64,000 bases of DNA from Candidatus Geocrenenecus sp. JGI 0000106-J15 (GTDB lineage: Archaea; Thermoproteota; Nitrososphaeria_A; Caldarchaeales; Wolframiiraptoraceae), in assembly GCA_000405685.1 (NCBI GenBank), contig ASPF01000012.1, positions 14,326-78,325 on the forward strand, given 5' to 3'. Every line of letters starts with the position of its first letter. Position 1 is the first letter of the stretch. The position numbers were made by a program, and so were the translations under genes. Of the stretch, positions 9,493-19,015 are shown piece by piece. The notes beneath the pieces were generated by a model that worked only from the letters and a program-made list of their open reading frames with translations, did not search any database and was not told the origin of the DNA.

Positions 9493-10500
9493 TTATGCTT
9501 TCATCTGATTTAACTTAATTCTTAACTGGTCTAATTCTCTTCTTATAGCTTCTTCATGGAACTCCATGAACCATTCCTGACCCCTAGATATATCCCACAG
9601 CCTACTTATCAACGATATACTATTCTCCAGATGTTTTATTATTCCTCCAGGCTCATATCCTGTCCCAGTGTAGAGTATCTTCTGACGAGCTGACCAATCT
9701 CCAGGCTGGTCTGCACCAGGAATAAACTCTGAAGCATACTTCTCAAGAATCTCGTAATCCGTTACTCCTCCAAGCTTTCTAATCTCTCTATACTCTGAGT
9801 AGTAGCTCTCATCTGGACCATATAATGGCATATCATACATGTTATAGCATAGAGCAGTAATATCTCCAAGAGCTATAAAGTATATCTTCTTGAAGCCTAA
9901 ATCTAATGCTATTTTTTCAACAACCCTCATACCATACTCAGAGATAAATCCATAAACTATCAGCTCTCTAAGCTTTGAATTCTTCTTCTCAGCCTCCTCG
10001 TAGATCTTCTTGAGAGCCATCTCAGCCGTCCTACCACTCGCCTCCGTATCAGGCTTAACTACAACCAAGTCTCTACATTCTGGAATCATTGAAAAATCTT
10101 GATAAACTACTTCAATCTCCTTCATAGATTCTTCATCATGAGACCTATAAGATGGCAGCCTATATCTCGGTCTAATCCACACCTCCCTAAAATCTATACC
10201 CGACCTTCTTAAAGCTTCATGGAGACAATAACCTGGAGCAGCCCTTAAAACATGCTCAAAAACTATCTCATCCCTCTCCAACTCACCTATCGATGTTAAT
10301 TCCATCAAAGCCTTCGCAGCATCAAGAGCTACCATACCCATATATCCTATTAACTCATCACCAACTATATGGGGATGACATGCTACACTTCTAACCTCAG
10401 GAGAATCCAAGATGTAAACATCTGAACTTGACTGCAACCCCTCAACCTTGTATATCTTCGTACTCTTTCTAAGACCTTGCAGTTCAACTTCTTCTGTCAA
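9493..10500 (-). CDS. Divergent type-I phosphoribosyltransferase (uracil-PRTase-like) protein with N- and C-terminal extensions.
   Basis: Three motifs recall uracil phosphoribosyltransferase (UPRT): IVGDELIGYMGM (compare ILRAGLGM), LVVVKPDTEASGRT (compare LIVDPMLATGGS, the PRPP loop), and EFIPGADQPGDW (compare IIPGLGDAGD). At 335 aa it is far longer than canonical UPRT (~210 aa). Confidence 0.35.
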   Translation of the reverse strand: MTEEVELQGLRKSTKIYKVEGLQSSSDVYILDSPEVRSVACHPHIVGDELIGYMGMVALDAAKALMELTSIGELERDEIVFEHVLRAAPGYCLHEALRRSGIDFREVWIRPRYRLPSYRSHDEESMKEIEVVYQDFSMIPECRDLVVVKPDTEASGRTAEMALKKIYEEAEKKNSKLRELIVYGFISEYGMRVVEKIALDLGFKKIYFIALGDITALCYNMYDMPLYGPDESYYSEYREIRKLGGVTDYEILEKYASEFIPGADQPGDWSARQKILYTGTGYEPGGIIKHLENSISLISRLWDISRGQEWFMEFHEEAIRRELDQLRIKLNQMKA

Positions 10501-10743
10501 TCCAACCCTAATATTGAAAGCCTCGATCAGCAGATCTATAATTGATTGACTAATTACTCGAGGCAGTTAAAGCCCATCCATTAAATGTAAAAGCTGGTTA
10601 TTAAGAATTCTCAATCCTTCCTCACCACTTAGAAGCCTTATGTATTTAGCACGAAGTAGCCTGGCCAGAGAGATATTAAGACTATAACCTAACATCTTCC
10701 GATGAAACTTTAATGTATAGCTTATACAATAGCTATAGAGAGG

Positions 10744-11136
10744 ATGAGCTACGAACGTTGGAGAGACTGGCTTGACGAAGCAAGAGACGACTTCATCTCA
10801 GCTGAGATACTTCTAAAAGAAGGTAGATATAGTAAGGTCTGTTTCTTATCACAGCAAGCAGCAGAGAAAGCCATTAAAGCACTCTTAATATTCAAGTTCA
10901 AGAAATTTGAAACAATACATAGTGTGGCAGAATTGCTTAGGAGAGCTGAAGCCTCAGAAGAACTGATCAAGCTTGGGCTAGAACTCGATAGACACTATAT
11001 TACTTCGAGATACCCAAATGTATGGCCTCTAGGCGCACCCTCAAAAATGTATAGAGAAGAAGATGCTGTCTCAGCAGTAAATGCAGCTAGGAGGATAATA
11101 GAATATGTTGAGAGAGAGATTAAAACTAGTTATTGA
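10744..11136 (+). CDS. HEPN-domain protein.
   Basis: HEPN motif region ...RHYITSRYPNVW. Overlaps the downstream MNT gene. Confidence 0.7.
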   Translation: MSYERWRDWLDEARDDFISAEILLKEGRYSKVCFLSQQAAEKAIKALLIFKFKKFETIHSVAELLRRAEASEELIKLGLELDRHYITSRYPNVWPLGAPSKMYREEDAVSAVNAARRIIEYVEREIKTSY

Positions 11137-11476
11137 GAAGAACCCTCCACTCAGAGAACTTGAAGATGACTTGTTAGGCCTAGTCTCATCAATAGATTCT
11201 GAAGACACCCTCATAATAGTCATAGCAGGCTCCGTTGCAGAAGGCAGATACGTCTCAGGAATAAGCGATATCGACATCCTCGTTATAAAGAAGGAAGGAC
11301 CGCCAACCTCTAGAATAACGTCTATTAAGGATATTGATGTTGAAATAACATCTCTAGGGCTAAACGACGTCCTAGAAGCTTTAAAGTCTAGAAACTACTC
11401 CATCTCCCAAGCATTGGATAAAGGCATATACCTGAAAGGTGAAGAAAACAAGAAGATAGTCTTTAACCTTGTTTAA
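11105..11476 (+). CDS. Minimal nucleotidyltransferase (MNT), partner of the HEPN gene.
   Basis: IVIAGSVAEGRYVSGISDIDILVI carries the GS...DxD motif. Confidence 0.7.
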   Translation: MLRERLKLVIEKNPPLRELEDDLLGLVSSIDSEDTLIIVIAGSVAEGRYVSGISDIDILVIKKEGPPTSRITSIKDIDVEITSLGLNDVLEALKSRNYSISQALDKGIYLKGEENKKIVFNLV

Positions 11477-11522
11477 CATTGTATCTATATACGTATCCGC
11501 ATAGACCAGTTCCAAAACACTT

Positions 11523-12869
11523 CTATTCTTCTCTAAGTATCTTGTCTATATTATCTCTTACTGGCAGGTATATCTTCTCATAGAATTCTCTCTGGCTTTT
11601 TATCGTTTCAAGAGGGAACCGCTGAATATATCTTAACGCTGCCTCCCAATACTTCTGGAACGTTTTCTGACCGCCAAATCTCTGTACAACCTGTCGATCA
11701 AAATCTCTAGGAGTCTGCTCTTGCCCACCTATCATGTACCATCTTCCAGGAACCCTGTAAACTACTTCATCTCCAACTACTTCTTCTAGCTCGCTTATCT
11801 TCTGCTCTCTGCTCGGCAATGGCTTACTTAACAGCTTTCTCTGACCAATCCCCCTCTTCTTAGCCCATGCATAAAAGATTGCTCTATTCAGCCCGAAAGA
11901 CTTGGCCTGCTCTATATCACCCCTTAGTACATAGTATCTTGCTGCTTGCATTAAAGCCATCACCTGGAATCTTCCTGTAGACAAAGGCTGGCTAGCCGAT
12001 CCTAACTCTGGAGACTTATCTCCTCTTAACTCTTCTCCTATAACTGTCCGGGCAATAGACTCTACCCTCACCTCTTTCATCGCCTTCTCCACAAGACCAT
12101 CTAACTCTCCTTCAATGTATTGATCCCATTCTCTCCAGTATCTGAATCTATCTAGCTCCGTCCATTCTAAGCTAAAGTTTTCTATCTCATCTGGATCTAT
12201 AGTTATAGCTACTATGTCTAGCTCTCTATGAATGCTTAGAGGTGAAGTAAATACTCTCTGTACATCTATTATATTCTCTATCTTCAGCTTCTTCTCATAC
12301 GATTTAGACTTAGCAGCTATCTCTGATAGTTTACTCCTTACTTGCTTGAGTATGTATTCTACTATTGTGTGAGCTGTCTTCACTGGGTTAGGTCTCCAGT
12401 AGCTTTCACTAATTGCTTTCTCATTCAAATGTATATGGACCCCTCTCCCCGACCATACAAGGTATAACGACTTCTCTACGCCATGCCGATGCAACCCCTC
12501 AAGCATCATTTTTACAGCTTCTATGGTTAAGTCTATTTCTTCCAGGTTTCCATCTATATCTATGCTTGGTGTCGCTCTAGATATATTCTCTACCCTCTCT
12601 AAATCCTCCCTCGATAATATCCTATTATAGATGTTGATAGTTCCATATATTGTTCGGATATTCCTATCACTAAACCTGTTTATCATCTTTTTTACATCAG
12701 CCGGCTCATTTATCGTTAATGGCTTCTCATCAAAGTATCTATAAAATATTCTCTTACCATGCATTGGCCTAGCCTCTAGAGCTACCCATCTACCTCTACA
12801 GAACTTAGCAACTTCCTCTTGCACTTCTTTTCTAAGATAATGTCTTAAGACTGCAGGCTCGGTCTCCAT
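11523..12869 (-). CDS. Archaeo-eukaryotic primase (AEP) superfamily protein, PriS-like (primase small subunit / prim-pol), 448 aa, with no Zn-knuckle.
   Basis: All three AEP/PriS catalytic motifs are present: SIDIDGN (DxD), YLVWSGRGVHIHL (SGxGxH), and IIDVQRVFTSPLSIHREL (D..R..R.P.SxH). The N-terminal region is collinear with PriS (RHYLRKE...FYRYF...RTIYGT). No Cys cluster was found. Confidence 0.6.
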   Translation of the reverse strand: METEPAVLRHYLRKEVQEEVAKFCRGRWVALEARPMHGKRIFYRYFDEKPLTINEPADVKKMINRFSDRNIRTIYGTINIYNRILSREDLERVENISRATPSIDIDGNLEEIDLTIEAVKMMLEGLHRHGVEKSLYLVWSGRGVHIHLNEKAISESYWRPNPVKTAHTIVEYILKQVRSKLSEIAAKSKSYEKKLKIENIIDVQRVFTSPLSIHRELDIVAITIDPDEIENFSLEWTELDRFRYWREWDQYIEGELDGLVEKAMKEVRVESIARTVIGEELRGDKSPELGSASQPLSTGRFQVMALMQAARYYVLRGDIEQAKSFGLNRAIFYAWAKKRGIGQRKLLSKPLPSREQKISELEEVVGDEVVYRVPGRWYMIGGQEQTPRDFDRQVVQRFGGQKTFQKYWEAALRYIQRFPLETIKSQREFYEKIYLPVRDNIDKILREE

Positions 12870-13542
12870 CTACATCCAACATTGTATATAGTGCGGGTTT
12901 CATTTATCTTAATCTAGTAAATCATGTCATGTGTAACAGAGATATTCCCAAAATCAATAGCCTCGTAGTATGCGATCAATTTTTCTGTTAGAAAAACTAT
13001 TTAACAACCACGCCCGCATCAATAACTATTCTACGTTTACTCCCTGTTCTTCTCTTACCCATCTTATAATCTCCTCCGTAGATAATCTCTCGACTCTTCA
13101 ACGGAACTCGTCCAACTTTCTCATAGCATTTTTAGCAACCCCATCTTAATCTCTTAGATTCTATAACCTCTAAGATACTCTCCAGTCAACGTTGACTTTT
13201 CTCATTAATTTCTTTAATTCTTCTGGGACTTTTATGGGCACGTTTACAAGCCCCTCGTTAGCTCATCATAATAGTAATATAAATTGAGATTGTCATATAA
13301 GGGTTGATTGGAGCCTTACTTACCTAATAATATGAGTCTCACATCTATGAACTTGTCTCTGCTTATTGAATAACTAAGGCAACTATAAGATAAGAGACTC
13401 CAGTTTTCTTAGCTAACATATAGTTGAATTGTTCTTCAAGCAGAGACCCTCTAGAGCATATACATATAAGTCTTCAACATCGTCTTCTTCTGTGAAAAAC
13501 ATTTACTTTCATATCTCCTGGAAGAATACATTTTTAGATTTA

Positions 13543-13908
13543 CTAAAGTTGAATGTAGAGTAAAGCCGTGTATTCTTCTAATTTCTCAGTCAACGGGTTT
13601 ACGCGTAGCTGCATTGCTTCAAGAGTTATCACTCCAAGCAAGACCCTGTCAATACTCCTACTCACCAGGATAGGCAGTATTCTCCTCTTCCCATTAACTT
13701 CAATGATAGCATGCGTCAATTCAAGCTCATCATAGCCTCTCGCCGTCAAGACTTTCACCCTCTCACCTGTCACTGGAAGATTAAGCTCTCTTGCAATATC
13801 TTCAGGTATAACTGTGAATGTCGAACCTGTATCTACCAAGGCTTTTACTCGGATAATTTTGTCTCCCCTTAAATCCCCAATCTTAACTTCAGTCTCTACG
13901 TGCCCCAA
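13543..13908 (-). CDS. Retropepsin-like (clan AA) aspartic protease, 121 aa.
   Basis: ALVDTGSTFTVIPEDIA carries the DTGS active-site motif and the hydrophobic-Gly flap region. Typical single-domain length. Confidence 0.65.
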   Translation of the reverse strand: MGHVETEVKIGDLRGDKIIRVKALVDTGSTFTVIPEDIARELNLPVTGERVKVLTARGYDELELTHAIIEVNGKRRILPILVSRSIDRVLLGVITLEAMQLRVNPLTEKLEEYTALLYIQL

Positions 13909-14241
13909 CCTAGTCTCTCTTCAACTATTTTTCTAAAACGGATATAAATATTACTTTGACATCCATACCTATTTCCTTTGAACATATGACTAGTATATTA
14001 GGTGTGAGTAAGGATCGAGCAGACACATTGAGATGTTAGGTAGCAGGGGATGGACATTACCTCTTAATCTTTCTCCTACTTTATCTTCTTGGTCGTCTTC
14101 TCAGCCTCGATTCACCCTTCTTAAAATCTAGAAGTATTGCGCCGAGCATACTTACAACGTAATCTCTTACCGCGACTTCCTCTATGTAAGGGTTAACAAT
14201 AATATTTACTTTGACTTCTAATGGCTCCCTATCCTCTAAGA

Positions 14242-14469
14242 TTAATTCAGCTCTCCAACAGATATGTAGTATGGTGTGATTATCTCCCCTCCACCTGTCT
14301 CCAATAGGGTGCCCATGGTTGATCTAGGAGGCCATAGGTGGAGCTTCTCAGCTATACTTACTGGGATTACAATGTCTAGCTGGTCTGACTCGAAAACACT
14401 ATTTAACAACGCTGAAGTCTCAATCACGTCATCTTCTATTCTAATCGTTACTTTTACTCTACAGACCAT
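14242..14469 (-). pseudogene. Truncated, catalytically dead paralog of the adjacent retropepsin-like protease (75 aa).
   Basis: VKVTIRIEDDVIETSALLNSVFESDQLDIVIPVSIAEKL aligns to the DTG region of the two intact paralogs, but DTG(S/A) is replaced by NSVF. It is about half the normal length. Confidence 0.35.
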
Positions 14470-15363
14470 TGCTACTCACTTTATCACTAATTTCTTCTTC
14501 ATGTATCCAAGCTTTCTAACAATCATCTTTTTCAATGTAAATTCTCTCAATATTCTAATATCTTTCTCCCTGCTTTTCATCACAATCTATTCTGTAAAAA
14601 AGGGTATAATCGGTTATTAATGTTTTCTCAACTTTGAAAGATTACTGAAGGTAGTGTTAGAAATGATTTCTAGAGCCTCGATATATTAAGTATCAGATCT
14701 TGATTAAAAGTAATTGTCGATCAAGGTTGGATTAATATAGATAGAGATAAAAGATCTGAGAGAAGGACAGAATAGGTTATGGGAGGACGCCAACAAAACT
14801 ATGAGAGGAGGTTGGAGATTGGGCGAAGGGTAGGGTATACTAGACTGTGGGAGGAGGTTAGACGACTTAGGCTAGACTATAGCCGTCTTACCATAAACTT
14901 TAGGGGCTTCAGAAACTATGTGTCTAGAGCCTTCGTCGAACTTAAATCTGACCTCTGTGTAATATTCAAGATGCAATCTGCAGCATACATAAAACTACTC
15001 ATAGAAAAGCCATAGAGACAAACATATTCTGTGAAGAGCCATTAATCGTAGGAGAAGTCACTATAACAGTAAAAGATGAAGACGAAGCCCAGCTTGAGAT
15101 AGAGAAGTAATTGAGAAGGATCGAGGCCAAGAACCTTATATAGAAAAGAACCTCTACTCAAGGTACTGTCAGTAGTTAATGCAGTTCCAGCGGTTGCAAA
15201 TAAGCTCCAAGAAGAGGCAGGGAAGTATGACATAAAATTTATTCTAGGAGAAGAGATAGTTGAAGCATAGTATATCATGATTAGAAGGGTTTGGGAAACT
15301 TACGTTATCAACTTTCTAAATCAACTTGAAACTGTATAGAAAGAAGAATGTTTTCAACCATTA

Positions 15364-16071
15364 CTATATCTTATCAGATAGACTGAGTTTACTTAGTTCT
15401 CCTGCTAGCTCTTCATCATTTGCTATCTTTAGGCCTGTCCAAAGATCTTCATCAAGTTTTATACTCTTTTCTGAAAGGATAATCTCAACATTGTTGAGAA
15501 CCTCTTCGAGCTTACTAGGAGGTAGGGTATGCAGAGACGTCTTGAGCCTATAATCTAACATGTAGATAAGCTCCATACCTAAAGCCGCTAGGAATGGCTC
15601 AAACTCCCGGTCAAAGATTATACCACGAGTTATGTATCCATCACGATACTTTGAGATTATTTTGTAAAGTAGCTTCCTGACGTCTCTTCTAAACAATAAC
15701 TTATCCTTAAAGTATACTGGAACATCTCCATCATCCTCTATAGATATGTTGAGACCCTCCTCACATATCTCCTCAATGATAGCCTTTAGCTCTCCAGGCA
15801 TCTTCTCTAGCACTTCACCATAATCACCTACACATTCATGGGAGAAGTCGCCCTTCCTAATCCATCTAACCTCGATATTATGACTGTAGACAAACCTAAC
15901 CTCATAGCCTAGACTCCATAGCTTCCTAACAAAATATGATTCAGCAACTAAACCAATAATATTCTGCCCATCGCTGTTCCCATACTTGTGGAAGAAGCCT
16001 TCAGGGAACGCAGAGCCTATTCGGACACCATTAACACTTACCTCAATGATATCTAGCCACAACCCTGACAA
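15364..16071 (-). CDS. Hypothetical protein (235 aa); possible PD-(D/E)xK nuclease-like N-terminal region.
   Basis: Long ORF with coding-like composition. GLVAESYFVRKLWSLGYEV is reminiscent of restriction-endonuclease-fold cores. No firm family assignment. Confidence 0.3.
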   Translation of the reverse strand: MSGLWLDIIEVSVNGVRIGSAFPEGFFHKYGNSDGQNIIGLVAESYFVRKLWSLGYEVRFVYSHNIEVRWIRKGDFSHECVGDYGEVLEKMPGELKAIIEEICEEGLNISIEDDGDVPVYFKDKLLFRRDVRKLLYKIISKYRDGYITRGIIFDREFEPFLAALGMELIYMLDYRLKTSLHTLPPSKLEEVLNNVEIILSEKSIKLDEDLWTGLKIANDEELAGELSKLSLSDKI

Positions 16072-16552
16072 AACAATTAAACTAACTAGCTATAATACGT
16101 TTACTTTAGCTTAGTAATTCATAGCCTTAAGTTAGATGCAATTTTAATAGGATACGAATTCATTCACTGGGCTGTCCTGCTGTAGCTTCTTCAGCTGGCT
16201 TCTCCTGAACTTCCTCAGCCTTCTTCTTCGACCTGCATCCTGAACCTTTCTTGCGAGGCACGTCTCTCAGAAAGACTATGAGAAACCTTAGGATAAATTC
16301 ATTCTGCCAGACGATATAGTAAATTACTTAATAGAATACTCTAACGATAATACCGACCTTTGGATTTAAAACATCGAATGGGCGGATAGCTCACTAAATA
16401 TATACTAAATTTCTCAAAAAGCTTCTAAATAGCTCATTTCCATGATATGCATCCCTGCCACCATCTGGAAGATTAATGGATGGCATATACTTGTAGCTTA
16501 GGCTAGTAAAGTGATGAAGCCAGGTCATGACAACCATTATAGCATCGGATAT

Positions 16553-17517
16553 TCATGAGGTTACTCTGAGAAAGGTAGATTGTGGTAGGCGGGTGGGGAT
16601 TAAGTGAAGGTTGAATATGGGTATTCCGATTGTTGGTAATGCATATCTTTCATCCAGTAGCATACCACATTTATCGCATGCTATAGCATTCGGCTCATTG
16701 ATCGATTGGCATCCAGGGCATATCTTAGGCTTCAGGGTCTGATCTTTCTCTTCTCTTTTAGGTGGGAGGCCATAGTATTCAAGGATTGATGAATCTATAT
16801 CTAACCCAGCTAGTCTTACATAGTGTTCCGCCATCTTTGATCCTGCAGTCCATCCAGCGAATGCTTTAAGCTGGTGTTCTCTTAGAACGTTGGCTAACTC
16901 TGTTAATTGACTATGCCTAAAAATGTAAGGATATATCCGCTTGTTTATTCCAGCCTTCCTCGATATTCTCTGACTAAACCTGTTAAGCCAACCTCTGTAA
17001 GTTCTTCATTTCCTCTCCTAGTCTTGCTCCAGTATCATAGAACATTGCGATGAGGCATTTATCCCTTGTATTATCTGCATAGTCAATGAACTTTAAGAAT
17101 CCCTCTTTAGTCAGGATATCTTTAGGCGACTTTACTGGAAGCTCTTTCTTACGGATAGTTATAGAGATGTTTTCGACGATCTTAGGATATGGCCCCTCCC
17201 TCCAGCCATCGTTTAGAAGCCATCTATAGAAGGCTTTGATTCGAGTAGCATGTGGAGCCCTCGTATGAGGCTTCCGATTCGTGAGAAAAGCTAGTACATT
17301 CTGCTCTCTAGCCTTCCTAAAATCTCTACCTTTGAGATGCTTGTCTAAGGCCGATAAGACTAAAGCATAACTTCTCTGCTAATCCTCACTATACCCTTGA
17401 CCTTCTAGGAAAGCTAGAAAATCATGGATAACCTGTTTATCCTCAGGGTTTAGGTATTCTGCATTATGAAAGCGATAGTATCCCCTCTCAAGCTTCTCAG
17501 ACTCTAATTCATCTGAG
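16553..17517 (-). pseudogene. int: Decayed tyrosine recombinase (phage-type integrase): N-terminal SAM-like domain, box I, box II and the catalytic Tyr are all recognisable, but the gene is interrupted by an in-frame TAG, a TAA followed by a frameshift, and lacks a start codon. The C-terminal piece carries an extra Zn-ribbon.
   Basis: Minus-strand translation from ~17517: FSDELESEKLERGYYRFHNAEYLNPEDKQVIHDFLAFLEGQGYSED-TAG-QRSYALVLSALDKHLKGRDF...RIKAFYRWLLNDGW...LIAMFYDTGARLGEEMKNLQRLA-TAA. A frame change follows into ...INKRIYPYIFRHSQLTELANVLREHQLKAFAGWTAGSKMAEHYVRLAGLD... (ORF 16553..16834), ending with CPGC...CDKC. The motifs are TGxRxxE, HxxRHS and E-H-Y-V-R (the catalytic Tyr). Confidence 0.55.
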
Positions 17518-17787
17518 AATTATTTAAGTGAAATGATCTCAATCAAATGTGTTGGTTCAGCGCTCAAAAGACTTTGAAATAGAGAATAGACACTATTCAG
17601 GGAACATTAACCAGATGGATATAGAATTATTCTACTAGTGCGTATGCATACTGGTAAGTCACTAAATTCATAACTAGGGTGGTAGAGAAGAAATCTTACA
17701 TTTTTAGCTAGGCACGTGAGACCTGAAGGCGCCGCGAAGTCATTAATTAACTTCTACTAGTTTAGTTGTATACAAGCAGGGGTTGGG

Positions 17788-18258
17788 CTACTTGAGAGGT
17801 ACACTGATGCCAGGAGCAAATGGCTGCCCCTGGTTACATCGAACATCTCGCCCATATACTATAATATATGGGATTCGAGTTGCCCCAACCCCTGCTCTTC
17901 CATGTTTTACTTGTCTGTTCGTTAATGCGAATTCTCCCAGCCTATGACCTATCATTTCTGGTCTAATTTCTACTGGCACATATTCTTTACCATTATATAC
18001 ATGTATTGTCAGTCCAACCATTTCTGGAATTATTACCATGTCTCTTGCATGTGTTTTTAAAGGTTTCTTTGGTTTTTCCCCTAATTTAGTTAGTGTTTTA
18101 TATTCTTTGATTTTTTCAAGTAGTTTAAGTTGTGCATGTGTTAATCCTCTTTCTAAGCTTCTCCTAGCTCTACTTGGTAGCAGCTTGATTACCTGGTCCA
18201 TGCTCATCTGTTGTAGCTGTTCTAATGTATATCCTCTGTAAGTGAATTCTCTTGGCAT
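17788..18258 (-). CDS. rps19: 30S ribosomal protein uS19 (S19P).
   Basis: [19 protein letters not shown]...[44 protein letters not shown]...[10 protein letters not shown] is canonical uS19. The true start is the ATG at 18256-18258; the ORF-track N-terminal extension is spurious. Confidence 0.9.
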   Translation of the reverse strand: MPREFTYRGYTLEQLQQMSMDQVIKLLPSRARRSLERGLTHAQLKLLEKIKEYKTLTKLGEKPKKPLKTHARDMVIIPEMVGLTIHVYNGKEYVPVEIRPEMIGHRLGEFALTNRQVKHGRAGVGATRIPYIIVYGRDVRCNQGQPFAPGISVPLK

Positions 18259-18280
18259 GCATAGAAGAATATTTAGGCAG

Positions 18281-18294
18281 GATATAAATTTGAC
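18281..18294 (-). promoter_or_regulatory. TATA-box-like element (TTTATATC on the minus strand) ~25 nt upstream of the rps19 start codon, implying a leaderless independent transcript.
   Basis: Plus-strand gatataaatttgac at 18281-18294. The spacing is typical for crenarchaeal leaderless mRNAs. Confidence 0.4.
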
Positions 18295-19015
18295 CTGTTT
18301 AGCCCCCAATTTAACGATTAGACTTTATTTCATAGTCTAAGGTTTAAGGTAAAATCTCCTATATGAGGATAAGGATGGTCGAGTTGACTAAACTCCATGT
18401 CTAACGTACATGAGTCATAAGTTAAACATCCTTGACAAAATCTTCTTGCCCATATATTTTATGATCTTCTAAGGTGAGTATGAATAATGAACTATTATTT
18501 TATTACTTCTTCTGCTAAGCATATTTCTTTTCTAGAACCGTTTAGCCAGTAAGTATTCTATAACTTCTCCATAACCTCCTAAGAAGCTCACTAAATAGGA
18601 AGTTATTATAGAAGTCTGACGTAAGCATTATAAACCCTTCATAGCCTGTTTTAATAGGAGCTTTCACTTTATTTAGAATCTTCTCACCGCGAATATTGTT
18701 GAGTGAAATTTGTATTAGAGGTGAAGGATTCCTCATACCTTTAAGGTTTTTCATACACTCTATGGTTCTATGGATCCTCCTAGATCATTTATTCAGAGAG
18801 GACATAATTTAACATTTTTATGAATTTCAGGCATTATCATAAGTTTTTGTGGCTAAGGATTCAAGAGTTAAGTAACTCATGAGGCATGACATCCTTTTAC
18901 ATGTATTTCTTAGTCAAATCTGAGTTTAATTAGACTGCTTTGCACAACTATATACATCAATGTTTTAAAAACAAATTAACTACATTCTTCAAGAGATTTT
19001 AAGTGACTTGGTATA

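Noticed and set aside
14470-14502. An upstream in-frame ATG (MKKKLVIK) followed by TGA in front of the 14242..14469 ORF, which looked like a third in-frame stop event.
   Set aside because: The intact paralogs start at the position equivalent to MVCRV, so the upstream ATG...TGA is most likely non-coding leader DNA, not part of the gene.
16145-16394. Lysine-rich mini-ORF on the minus strand (…RDVPRKKGSGCRSKKKAEEVQEKPAEEATAGQPSE) and a 14-nt tRNA-5'-end-like string gggcggatagctca at 16381-16394, possibly remnants of ribosomal protein or tRNA genes next to the integrase.
   Set aside because: The mini-ORF has no start codon and no recognisable family. The tRNA-like string diverges immediately after 14 nt. 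Both could be chance.
7614-17386. Possibility that TGA or TAG is recoded (Sec or Pyl) in this organism, which would explain the in-frame stops in vapC and the integrase.
   Set aside because: rpl3 and rpl4 terminate with TGA, and these are accessory genes with additional frameshifts. No SECIS or Pyl machinery is evident, and crenarchaea are not known to use either.
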